A stretch of 64,000 nucleotides of DNA from Myxococcota bacterium (GTDB taxonomy: Bacteria > Myxococcota_A > UBA796 > SXON01): assembly GCA_040386535.1 (NCBI GenBank), contig JAZKFH010000013.1, forward strand, positions 288,928 to 352,927, given 5' to 3'. Shown here piece after piece: positions 51,101-59,392 of this stretch. Position 1 is the stretch's first letter. Each line of letters opens with the position of its first letter. The position numbers were made by a program, and so were the translations under genes. The notes beneath the pieces are model-generated. The model was not told where the DNA came from. It was given only the letters and a program-made list of their open reading frames with translations, and did no database searches.

Positions 51101-51181
51101 GACGAGCAGCGAGATGACCGCGGAGAGGACCGGGCGCTCGACGAAGATGTCCGTCGGGCCGCGGCCGGTCGGCGCGCTCAC
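48119..51181 (-). CDS. RND efflux permease (AcrB/AcrD/AcrF family)
   Basis: IFVERPV, GLVVDDAIVVLEN, KNGILIVE, RPILMTS; GTG start coupled to the MFP gene. Confidence 0.95.
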   Translation of the reverse strand: MSAPTGRGPTDIFVERPVLSAVISLLVLLLGVMGYGLLGVRETPDVESPIVSVSTSWPGADPAIMETDVTEVLERELNGIEGVRTMSSTSQDGRSEIRIEFELGLDIEAAANDVRGRVGQARRRLPDDVDEPIVSKSDASGDSIMFIRLSGEGLDLLDVTEVADTIVRERIENVPGVSGVDLNGGRVWAMRLELDAARLAARRVTVGDIEAALRAGNVDVPAGRLEGAATQLTLSVQSGLRTPEEFGALIVRADGDGQVYLRDVASVRLGAENERTAARTEGLPTITLSVNPQAKANVVDVADEVKRRLSIIEADLPSGMTLDVVYDRAEAVRASIRDVEHTLFVAFGLVVAVIFLFLRDLRSTLVPAIAIPVSLVGTFLVLWIAGFTLNVFTLFGLVLAIGLVVDDAIVVLENIVRRLEEGDSPHEAALVGTRQIATAVVATTLSLVVVFLPVVFTGGATGRLFLEFGVTVAASVALSMVVALTLTPMLCAKLLKAHVRKENAGGEPIVRHVPLWERAFNATLGLVMRRPWLVVPMLVGAVAIGGYGVSTIPQEFFPIEDRGMFQVRTEAPEGTTFEWMDARMAEFEEILGPLVPERRMMLARVASGRGGVSGPTNSGMIMFPLVPREERDRTQQQIVDALRGPLAEITAFRAVPTQSPTVGRGSSSPLQFVLQHPDFDTLADALPAFVAAMSDLDGLSSVNPDLKLNRPELRLVVDREKAAALGVSIRDVVRTVQVLTGSSEVSTFKRGVRQYKVVAELGRDGRDEPADLAGIHLRTPSGAMVPLSNFVKWEEQSAPSTRYHYDRAPSATISANLDGITIGEGIARARALADTLPEGFRTALSGQSKDFEEGSSSLLQMFLLALALVYLLLAAQFDSFVAPVSILLSVPLALAGAFTALLITGSTLSFFAQVGLILLVGLVTKNGILIVEYARQLRDDEGLLPWAAAERATQLRVRPILMTSVATIGGAIPIALGMSGSGRSALGIAVVGGMLSATVLTLYVTPVVYAALASIGRRRA

Positions 51182-52257
51182 CGGGACCCCGTCGGGGTCG
51201 GCGCGGGCGTTGTCGGTGTCGCCGCTTCGGCGTCCGTGAGCACCTTGACTGTCGCGCCGGGGCGGAGCCGCGTGAGCCCCTCGATCACGACCGAGTCGCC
51301 CGCCGCCAGCCCTTCGAGGGCCTCGATGCGTGCCTCGGCGCGCTCGCCGGTGCGGATGGGGCGCAGCGCGACGGTGCTGTCGGCCCCGACGACGTACACG
51401 GCAGCGCCCGTGGCGGAGCGGATCACCGCCTGGGTCGGCACGAGCACGGCGTCCGCGCGCACGAGCGTCACGACGCGCACGGCCCCGGTCATGCCCGGTC
51501 GGAGCGGTGCGTCCGGGTCGGTGACGGCCACCCGCACGTCGACCGTGCGGGTATCGGAGGCCACCCGCGGCGCCACGTAGGACACCACCCCGGGGAAGGT
51601 GCGGTCGGGCAGGGCGTCCACCCGCACCACGGCGGTCTGCCCGACGGCCACGCTCGCGAGGGCCGCCTCGGGCAGCGCGACCTCGACCACGAGCCGCCCG
51701 ATCCCCTCGATGCGGGTGACCGCGCGGGTCGGATCGATGCGCTCGCCCGGCGCCACGTCGCGGCGGCCCACCACGCCGTCGAACGGCGCCAGGAGCACCG
51801 TGCGCCGTAGCCCCTCCTCGGCCCGCGCGAGCTCCGCCGAAGCCAGCGCCACCTCCGCGTCCGCTCGATCGAGCTCGGCCTGCGACACGTCCCCGCCGCC
51901 GACCAGCGGGGCCCGGCGATCGCGCTCCAGCTTCGCCAGGCTCGTCCGCGCGCGGGCCTCGGTCAGGGCCGCCTTCGCGTCGGCATCGCGCAGCCGCACG
52001 AGCGCCTGCCCGCGCCGCACCTTGTCGCCGTCCTCGAACAGCACCGCGGTCACGAGGCCCGCCACTTCGGGGCGCAGCTCGGCGGTGTCGAGCGCCTCGA
52101 CCGTCCCCGTCGCCTCGAGCGCGTTCTCCGCGGCGGCCGCCACGAGCACCTCGACACGGACGGGCACCGGGGCCCGGGCGGCGCCACCGGCCGCGGCGGG
52201 CGGGGCTTCGGAGGGGCCACATGCGACCAGGAAGGCGGCGAGTACGGGGATCAACAC
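51178..52257 (-). CDS. RND periplasmic adaptor (MFP), lipoprotein
   Basis: LVAC lipobox; LRPEVAG, APFDGVVG, LRPGM; GGAGG RBS. Confidence 0.93.
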   Translation of the reverse strand: MLIPVLAAFLVACGPSEAPPAAAGGAARAPVPVRVEVLVAAAAENALEATGTVEALDTAELRPEVAGLVTAVLFEDGDKVRRGQALVRLRDADAKAALTEARARTSLAKLERDRRAPLVGGGDVSQAELDRADAEVALASAELARAEEGLRRTVLLAPFDGVVGRRDVAPGERIDPTRAVTRIEGIGRLVVEVALPEAALASVAVGQTAVVRVDALPDRTFPGVVSYVAPRVASDTRTVDVRVAVTDPDAPLRPGMTGAVRVVTLVRADAVLVPTQAVIRSATGAAVYVVGADSTVALRPIRTGERAEARIEALEGLAAGDSVVIEGLTRLRPGATVKVLTDAEAATPTTPAPTPTGSR

Positions 52258-52413
52258 GGAGCCTCCTGCGCGCCGTGGGAGCCGCCGTGGAGCTGCTTCC
52301 GCGCGGTCGCCCGCTTCCCTATCGGCATGAGCCTCCGTGCGTGCGCCGGAGCGGACGCTGATGACATCCGATGAACATCGACGGGCAGCCGCGCCCACGA
52401 TTAGACGCCCGCC

Positions 52414-53445
52414 ATGAGCACCTCCCCCAGCACGGACCACAGCAGAGACCTCAACGGCGAGCGCATGCTCGTGTCCCTCCTCAAGGAGGTGTGCGCGGCC
52501 CGGGGCATCCGCCTCACGTCGTTCTCGGACGACTGGGTGTTCTGCCTCCAGCACGAGGCGCGCACCGCGTATGTGGTCGGGTTCGATTTTGGTGTCAACA
52601 ACGCGACCGCGAAGATGCTCGCCAAGGACAAGTCGGCCACCTCCGATCTACTGGCGTTCCACGGGGTGCCGCGCGTGGAGCACCGCCTGTTCCACAGCCC
52701 CGAGCTCGCCGCGTACGTGCCGCTCGAAGGGAGCTGGCGCCCGATGCTCGCGTACTTCGAGGCGTGCGGCCACGATCTGGTGTGCAAGCCGAACGAGGGC
52801 ACCGGGGGCCGCCTCGTGTTGCGCGCACGCTCGGCGCTGGAGCTCGAGGCCGCCGTGCTGCGCATCCTCAAGGTGAGCCGCTCGGTGTGCCTCTCGCCCT
52901 TCGAGCCCATCGGGGACGAGTACCGGGTCGCGGTGCTCCGCGGCGTCGTGCAGTTCGCGTACCGCAAGGAGCGCCCCGCCTTGATCGGTGACGGGGTGCG
53001 CTCGCTGCGCCGGCTCGTCACGGAGAAGCTCGAAATCCAGCCGGACTTCGCGGCGGCGGCGCAGCGGCTCGCCGATCTCGCCGAGATGAAGCTGGACTTC
53101 GACCACGTGCCCGCCCAGGGCGAGCGGGTGGAGCTGAACTGGCGGCACAACCTCGGGCAGGGTGCCGAGCCCGAGCTCCTCGACGGGGAGAACCCGCGGT
53201 TCCACGAGGTGTGCGCGGTCGCGCTGGCGGCGGCCGGGGCGCTGGGGATCGATCTGGCGTCGGTCGACGTGGTGGACGCCGGCGGCACCCTCAAGATCCT
53301 GGAGATCAACTCGGGGATCATGATGGAGAGCCTGGTCCGCAGCTTGCCGGGCGGCCGTGCGCTCGCGACGCGTTTCTACGACCGGATCGTGTGCGCGTCG
53401 CTCGACTTGTCCGCCGCCGACGAGCCTGGCGAAGGTGCCTCGTGA
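52414..53445 (+). CDS. ATP-grasp ligase, RimK-like
   Basis: DKSAT, VCKPNEGTGG, EYRV, HNLGQGA, SVDVV, LEINSG. Confidence 0.85.
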   Translation: MSTSPSTDHSRDLNGERMLVSLLKEVCAARGIRLTSFSDDWVFCLQHEARTAYVVGFDFGVNNATAKMLAKDKSATSDLLAFHGVPRVEHRLFHSPELAAYVPLEGSWRPMLAYFEACGHDLVCKPNEGTGGRLVLRARSALELEAAVLRILKVSRSVCLSPFEPIGDEYRVAVLRGVVQFAYRKERPALIGDGVRSLRRLVTEKLEIQPDFAAAAQRLADLAEMKLDFDHVPAQGERVELNWRHNLGQGAEPELLDGENPRFHEVCAVALAAAGALGIDLASVDVVDAGGTLKILEINSGIMMESLVRSLPGGRALATRFYDRIVCASLDLSAADEPGEGAS

Positions 53446-54461
53446 GCCGCGGGGGAGGGGAGGACGGGACGCCGTTCATGCCCGCGGTCCTGGCGCGGAT
53501 CGCGCCGCGCGTCGGCGCCGAGGTGATCCTCGAGCCCGAGTTCGGCATCGTCGGCCTGGTCCGGTTCGCCAACGGGCGGAAATCTTATTTCTGGCACAAC
53601 AAGTTCAACCTCAACACGGTCAGCTCCGCCCGTATCGCGCAGGACAAGGGGTACACCGCCCACTTCCTGGCGCTGCACGGGTTCCGCGTGCCACGTTCCC
53701 GCTCGTTCTTCCGCGAGGCGTTCCGGAAGGCGCTCGACTCCGACCGGGGCGCCGACGCCGCGCTCGCCTACGCCGAGTCGCTGGGGTGGCCGGTGTACGT
53801 CAAGCCGTGCCGCCGCAGCCAGGGCGACGGCGTCTCCATGGCGGCCGATGCCAACGAGCTCGCCGAGGCGACGGCGCGCGTGTTGGGACGCGACCGCATG
53901 ATGATCGTGCAGGAGGCGTGCGCCGGACGGGATTACCGTGTCGTGACGCTCGACGGCGAGGTCATCAACGCCTACGAACGCGTGCCGCTCGAGATCGTGG
54001 GGGATGGCCGCTCCACCGTGGCGCAGCGGCTCCAGGCCCTCCAGGCCACGTTCGACGCCAGCGGACGTGACACACAAATCCCGGTCGACGACGCGCGCAT
54101 CCACACGCGCCTGCGTCGGGAGGGCCTCACCATGGAGAGCGTCGTGGCCGACGGCGCGCGGCTGCGCCTGCTCGACATCGCAAACCTCTCCTGCGGCGGC
54201 ACCACCGTAGACATCACGGATCGGCTGCATCCGAGCGTGGCAACGCTGGCAGCGGGCGTGGCGGCCGCGTTGGATCTTCGCTTCGCGGGCATCGACATCT
54301 TGATGCCCGACGCGACCGCGCCCCTCGAGGAGTACGTGGTGCTCGAGGTGAACTCGGCGCCGGGCCTCGATCACTACGGCACCGTCGGGCCCGAACACGA
54401 GGCCTTCGTGGACGAGTTGTACCTCAAGGTATTGCGCGCGGTGGAGCGCGGGCCCGGGTAG
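53442..54461 (+). CDS. ATP-grasp ligase resembling the cyanophycin synthetase ATP-grasp domain (no Mur-ligase domain)
   Basis: AQDKGYT, PVYVKP..SQGDGV, GRDYRV, ANLSCGG, AGIDI, EVNSAPGL; GTGA coupling. Confidence 0.87.
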   Translation: MSRGGGEDGTPFMPAVLARIAPRVGAEVILEPEFGIVGLVRFANGRKSYFWHNKFNLNTVSSARIAQDKGYTAHFLALHGFRVPRSRSFFREAFRKALDSDRGADAALAYAESLGWPVYVKPCRRSQGDGVSMAADANELAEATARVLGRDRMMIVQEACAGRDYRVVTLDGEVINAYERVPLEIVGDGRSTVAQRLQALQATFDASGRDTQIPVDDARIHTRLRREGLTMESVVADGARLRLLDIANLSCGGTTVDITDRLHPSVATLAAGVAAALDLRFAGIDILMPDATAPLEEYVVLEVNSAPGLDHYGTVGPEHEAFVDELYLKVLRAVERGPG

Positions 54462-54476
54462 CGATAGGGGCGGCGG

Positions 54477-55838
54477 ATGCTGTTTCTTCTCGGATGTGTC
54501 GGTGAGGCCGACAAACCTGCCAGCGATCGCACGGACGCGTCCGCGGACACCGCCCCGGACACCGCGGTCGACACTGGTGACACCGAGGACACGGGCTCCG
54601 GCAACGAGCCGTGCGCGCAGCCCGGCGCGGTGTACACGCTCCCGACGGGGGGCACGCTCTTCTCGCCGTACGCGACGCTGATCACGGTCGACCTCGACGG
54701 GGGCGGGCGCGCCGACGTGCTCCACGAGTCGTTCGATCCGGTGCGGGGGGTGGCCCTGCTGCGGGGCGAGGACGCCGCGTTCGGCGGGGTCACGCCCGTG
54801 GCGCACTTCCCCGCGGCCTTGGACGCGCAACAGGCGGCCCTGGGGGTCGGCGTCGCCGGGGATCTCGACGGGGACGGCGCGCGCGAGATCCTGCTCGGGC
54901 AGGGCACGGAGCGCGGCGCCCGCCAGCTCGATGTGTGGTCCCTCGCGGACACCACCGCGCCGCTCGCAAGCGTCGTCTTCTCGGACGCGCCCAAGTGGGG
55001 CTTCGTCACGCCGTCCGAGGAGACCGGCCCCGATCTGGATGGGGACGGCATCGAAGAGGTGCTGGTCACCGTGCTCGGCGGGGCGCTCCGGTACGGCTCT
55101 GTGTACGTGTTCCCGGGCGCGGCCCTCGGCGGCGGTGCCTCCCTCGACGAGGGCGACGCATGGGCCTCCTTCGGCGACGACGACTCCACCTGGGCGCCCA
55201 ATGTCGTGGTCGCGCCCGATCTCGACGGCGACGGGGTCGCGGAGCTGCTGCTCAACCACATCGATTACACCCTTGGCGACGTCCGGGTGGTGCCCTCGGG
55301 CCTCGGTGGGGGCGCCTTCAGCCCCGATGACCTGGACGTTCTCATCGCGCTGCCCGACGAGTCCCGCGCCCCGTTGTTCCTCGACATCGACGCGGACGGC
55401 GTGCCCGAGCTGTTCGCGAACGATGGGAGCGTCGATGGGAGCGTGCGCGGGTTCGCGGGGGAGGTGGTCGCCGCGGCGGCGCGGGACGGAGCCGCCCTGA
55501 CCGCCGACGACGCCTGGGTCGAGGTGCTCGGGGGGCGCGACGACTATCTTGGGGCGAACCTGGCCCCGGTGACCGACGCGGATTGTGCCGTGGGGCTCGC
55601 CGTCTCCGCACACTTCGCGGGCGAGGTGCGCCTGATCTCGAACGCCGACCTGATCGCCGGCGGCACGGTCGCCAGCGGCGGCGCGCCCACGTTGACCGGC
55701 CCCGGCGAGTGGTTCGGCTACGTGCTGGCCGGCGGCCAGGACCTCGATCTCGACGGCACGCTCGACCTCGTCGTGTCCGGGGACGAGGGCGGCGAGATGG
55801 TGCTGTACCTGTCGCCCGCGGACGCGGCGGGGGAGTGA
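54477..55838 (+). CDS. FG-GAP/VCBS-like repeat lipoprotein
   Basis: MLFLLGC start; repeated DLDGDG motifs. Confidence 0.85.
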   Translation: MLFLLGCVGEADKPASDRTDASADTAPDTAVDTGDTEDTGSGNEPCAQPGAVYTLPTGGTLFSPYATLITVDLDGGGRADVLHESFDPVRGVALLRGEDAAFGGVTPVAHFPAALDAQQAALGVGVAGDLDGDGAREILLGQGTERGARQLDVWSLADTTAPLASVVFSDAPKWGFVTPSEETGPDLDGDGIEEVLVTVLGGALRYGSVYVFPGAALGGGASLDEGDAWASFGDDDSTWAPNVVVAPDLDGDGVAELLLNHIDYTLGDVRVVPSGLGGGAFSPDDLDVLIALPDESRAPLFLDIDADGVPELFANDGSVDGSVRGFAGEVVAAAARDGAALTADDAWVEVLGGRDDYLGANLAPVTDADCAVGLAVSAHFAGEVRLISNADLIAGGTVASGGAPTLTGPGEWFGYVLAGGQDLDLDGTLDLVVSGDEGGEMVLYLSPADAAGE

Positions 55839-55851
55839 GCGGGCGGCGGTC

Positions 55852-56637
55852 TCAGCGCTTTGGCGGCCACGGCACGAACGCGGACGTGCGCCGCACATAG
55901 TCGCGGTAGGCGGGCCGGCGGTCGGCGATGTCGCGCTCGAGCAGGCTCACGCCGCTGACACGCACGATCAGCACCGTCATGATCGCGGGCCCGACCAGCG
56001 CCATCCAGGCGCCGGTGGAGAGCGCCACGAGCCCGAAACCCCACCACAACAGCGCATCGCCGAAGTAATTGGGATGGCGGCTGTAGCGCCAGAGCCCGGC
56101 GTCCAGCACGGTGCCGCGGCTCGCCGGGTCGGCCCGGAAGCGCGCGAGCTGGGCGTCGGCGGCCGCCTCGCACAGAAAGCCCGTGGCCCACACGAGGACC
56201 CCGATCCCGTCGAGCACGCCGAGGGGCGCCACGCCCGCGATCCCGGCCTGCACGGGCAGCGACACGAGCCACGCGAGCCCGGCCTGGAGCAGGAACACCG
56301 TGAACAGGCTCACCCACACGAACCGCGGCCCGTGCGCGTCGCGCATCGCGACGTAGCGTGGGTCCTCGCCGTGGGACCGGTTGCGTCGGAGCAGGTGAAT
56401 CCCGAGCCGCCCCGCCCAGAGCCCGACCATCGCGAGCACGATCCACGGGCGCGGCCCCGGCGAGGCCCCGACCAGGAAGCTTACCCCCGCGATCAGCAGG
56501 AACGCGGGCCCCCAGGCGGGATCGGCCACGCTCGCATCCCGGCGGACCACGCTCACGATCCAGAGCAGCCCGGCCCCAACCAGGAGCGCGAGGAGCGAGG
56601 GGCCGGCCGTGACGGAGAGGGCAGCGAGGAGGGGCAT
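55852..56637 (-). CDS. DUF1295 / steroid 5-alpha-reductase-like membrane protein
   Basis: GEDPRY, EAAADAQL, GLWRYSRHPNYFGD. Confidence 0.92.
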   Translation of the reverse strand: MPLLAALSVTAGPSLLALLVGAGLLWIVSVVRRDASVADPAWGPAFLLIAGVSFLVGASPGPRPWIVLAMVGLWAGRLGIHLLRRNRSHGEDPRYVAMRDAHGPRFVWVSLFTVFLLQAGLAWLVSLPVQAGIAGVAPLGVLDGIGVLVWATGFLCEAAADAQLARFRADPASRGTVLDAGLWRYSRHPNYFGDALLWWGFGLVALSTGAWMALVGPAIMTVLIVRVSGVSLLERDIADRRPAYRDYVRRTSAFVPWPPKR

Positions 56638-56831
56638 CGGGGGAGGGAGTACCACGGCGCCCCGGGTCCGCGCGGACGCGGCCCCGTCGGCCCCCTCCAG
56701 TCGCGCGGCGGAGCCGCTTGGTCCCGCCGCGGACGGCGGGGACCGTCCGCCCGAGGCGGGCGGCCGACTTCCGGGCGCCTGGCGCGGGGCCGGTGACGGC
56801 TGGGCGTCGGCGGACGAAGGTCCGAGCCGGA

Positions 56832-56932
56832 CGTGGCGGCCAAGTTCGGCGATCATCCGAAATGATCCCGCCTGGGTGACCGCGTGGCGGCCAGGATCGG
56901 GGATCATCGGAAATGATCCCGCCGCCATGACC
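56832..56932. repeat. Two tandem 51-bp units with a GATCAT-N5-ATGATC hairpin
   Basis: CGTGGCGGCCA..TCGG.GATCAT.....ATGATCCCGCC at 56832 and 56883. Confidence 0.82.
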
Positions 56933-56949
56933 AAACGGTGAGCTCTGGC

Positions 56950-57078
56950 TCGACGGGTGCCCCGAGATCGTCCGCCCCACGGACGAAGTCGCGCCCCCTG
57001 TTCGACAGGTGCCCCGAGATCGTCCGCCACACGGACGAAGTCGCACCCCCTGTTCGACAGGTGCCCCGAGATCGTCCG
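56950..57078. repeat. Second locus of the 52-bp palindromic repeat, 2 units plus a partial
   Basis: CGGACGAAGTCGC..CCCCTGTTCGACAGGTGCCCCGAGATCGTCCG; same core as 14883-15156. Confidence 0.93.
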
Positions 57079-58021
57079 GCACGCCGTCGGGTTTCACCCT
57101 CCGGAAGCTCCGGATCCGGGCGTGTCGACCCGGGCGGGCGATCGCGGGGCGAAGCTCCACCAGATCCGTGAACCGCACGTGCCCCGCGGTGCTCGCGTCC
57201 ACGGAGAAGACCGCGGGGCGGAGGCCGAGGGCTCGTTCGCCTTCAGCAGAATCACGAAGCCGAGGCACTGGCCGATGGGCGCGTGGAGAAGCGAGGCGGC
57301 AGGTGGTGGGGAGTCAGACCTTCTTGCCAGTACCCGTGCGAGCGGACAGAGCCCCGTCGTGTTCTCGTTCTGCTCGCTGGAGGAAGGACGACACGAACGC
57401 CACGAGCGTTTCTGTCACCACTCTGCGGGGCGGCATATCGCGAGGAGGAGTGGACCTATCCCTCGCGACCGACCGCCCATCGTTCGACCAATGGGTCGTG
57501 CCCGTTGAAGACTTCGTGGTCACCTGCGAGACCCTTCACAGCGGGATCTGCTACCAGTTCACCGCGGCCTGAGAGGACGGGATTGAGGTGCACGATTGGC
57601 GCGGTGACACGAGCGAGTGCGATCGTCCTTCCTCCTCGGCCTCATCTGGAGGTGACGACGGCAATAGCACCGGAGGGGCTGTCGGCGCGATCCTCGCGTC
57701 GCAGTCCCGGGGTGCCGTGGCGGAGCCCGAAACACGGTAGCGCCTGGTCGTCTGGGTTCCCGCCGGCGACACAGGCGAGGAGGACCGTCCCGAGGAACGG
57801 ATCGACAAACGTGACGGAGGCAACCAACGCGGGCATTGGCTCATGGTGACAGAACGTCAATTTGCAAGTCGAGCCAACCAACGCGCTCCCCCGCGCGAGG
57901 AGCGCGGAGGGCGGCGCGTCCGCGCGCCGGTCCGGCCGGGCGTCCGCGACCGGCCGACCGAGCCCGACAGGGCGAGCCCGCAGCGGTCCGACCCCGAGCG
58001 CAGCGAGGGGGCGCGCCCGGC

Positions 58022-58732
58022 TCACTCCCGCACGAACGCCGCCGCGACGTGCGCCACGAACCAGTCGGGGCAACCGGAGGAGGTCTCGGGCGTCTGCTGC
58101 TCGTCGCCCGCGTGGACCACGCGCCAGGGGCCGATGTCCTCTTCGTCCCCGTAGGCCACCACCCCCTGGTCGTCCGCCGTGGTCACCCAGAAGTCGAACG
58201 CCGACCACGCGCCACATTCGTCGTGTTGCGTGCAGATTGGGTCGCCCTGGTCGAGGGTCACGTCGGCGGGCGTCGCGAGGTCGGCCAACGTGCCGGCCAC
58301 GCTGATGACGAGCTGCTCCACGCCCGCCTCGTCCGCGAGCACCACACGCCCGCGGTCGGGCCCGAAGTCGCCGAAGACGTAGGCGAGATCGAGCGACACC
58401 CGATCGCCCTCCTCGACGGGGGAGTCGAGCCCGGGCGCGGCGAGGCCCACGGTGGTCTCGACGCCGTCGGCGTCCGTGACGACGAGGATCAGGCCCTCCG
58501 CGCCGCTGCCCCACACGGCGGAGAAGCTCACGTCACACGCGTCTGGAAACGGGCCCGTCGTGACCGAGGTGACCGTGCCGGTCACGGCGAGGTCGGCCGT
58601 GCCGTAGCCCGGGTATTCCAGCCCCGGGTTGCCGAAGCAGGCCCCGACGGCGGGGACCTCGGGCAGGTCTTCACAAGTTTGGGGCAGGTCGCCCCCGAGG
58701 CAGGCCGAGAGCAGCAAGGAGGCGAGTGCCAT
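58022..58732 (-). CDS. Acidic Cys-containing lipoprotein
   Basis: LLSAC lipobox; GC3 bias. Confidence 0.8.
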   Translation of the reverse strand: MALASLLLSACLGGDLPQTCEDLPEVPAVGACFGNPGLEYPGYGTADLAVTGTVTSVTTGPFPDACDVSFSAVWGSGAEGLILVVTDADGVETTVGLAAPGLDSPVEEGDRVSLDLAYVFGDFGPDRGRVVLADEAGVEQLVISVAGTLADLATPADVTLDQGDPICTQHDECGAWSAFDFWVTTADDQGVVAYGDEEDIGPWRVVHAGDEQQTPETSSGCPDWFVAHVAAAFVRE

Positions 58733-58755
58733 GCCGGCAACGTAAGCACCCGCGG

Positions 58756-59322
58756 CTACGGTCGGGGCGGGAGCGCCGGGAGCTGGGCATCATCGTAGAC
58801 GGCGATGACACGGACGTGGCGCCACGTGCGGCCGAGGTGCTCCGCCGGCGCTTCGCGCGCGCCGATGCCGTACACGGTCGACCAGGTGTGCGGCAGGTAG
58901 AGCAGGTGCTGCTTCACGACCCAGCGGGGCGCCTCCGCCCGGCGCGACGAGAGCCCGTCGTTCCAATCCGAGCGCCACCAGTCACCGGCGCTCCCGACGG
59001 CGACGAGCCGGATGGTGCGCCCGCGCGACTCGAAGGCGAGCCGGTCGAGGAAGGAGACGAGGCGCCGGTACTGGGGCGAGCCACGCGCGATGGTGTCGCT
59101 GTTCCAGGGGAAGAACAGCGTGATCTCGCCGGTGCCCTGGCGCCGGGCGAGGGCGACCAGCTCCTCGATGCCGGCGAGGGAGTGCTCCTGCAGCTCGACC
59201 ATGCGCTCGACCTTGTCGTCGATCCGGTCGATCTTGCGCTCCATCCGGGCGTGCTGACGCATGCTCGCGGGCCCGCAGGCGAGGCCGAGGAGCAGGAACA
59301 GGGCGAACAGCGGGCGCAGCAT
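58756..59322 (-). CDS. Lipoprotein with a divergent OmpA-like domain
   Basis: GLAC lipobox; FFPWNSDTI, VGSA...N..LS.RRA, YGIG. Confidence 0.7.
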   Translation of the reverse strand: MLRPLFALFLLLGLACGPASMRQHARMERKIDRIDDKVERMVELQEHSLAGIEELVALARRQGTGEITLFFPWNSDTIARGSPQYRRLVSFLDRLAFESRGRTIRLVAVGSAGDWWRSDWNDGLSSRRAEAPRWVVKQHLLYLPHTWSTVYGIGAREAPAEHLGRTWRHVRVIAVYDDAQLPALPPRP

Positions 59323-59392
59323 GACGTCGCGGTATCGCGTGGCCGTGCCGCTGGCCGCGTCCGCGCCTATCCTTCCGCGCTATCCGTCCGAG

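Noticed and set aside
52327..52374. Tiny ORF MSLRACAGADADDIR as an ATP-grasp precursor peptide
   Set aside because: No RBS and no graspetide-like leader or core motif.
53442..54461. Calling this cphA
   Set aside because: About 340 aa with no Mur-ligase domain and no cyanophycinase nearby.
57410..57854. 11-bp inverted repeat TTCTGTCACCA/TGGTGACAGAA as IS or MITE ends
   Set aside because: No target duplication and no transposase remnant; a match this short can arise by chance in ~1 kb.
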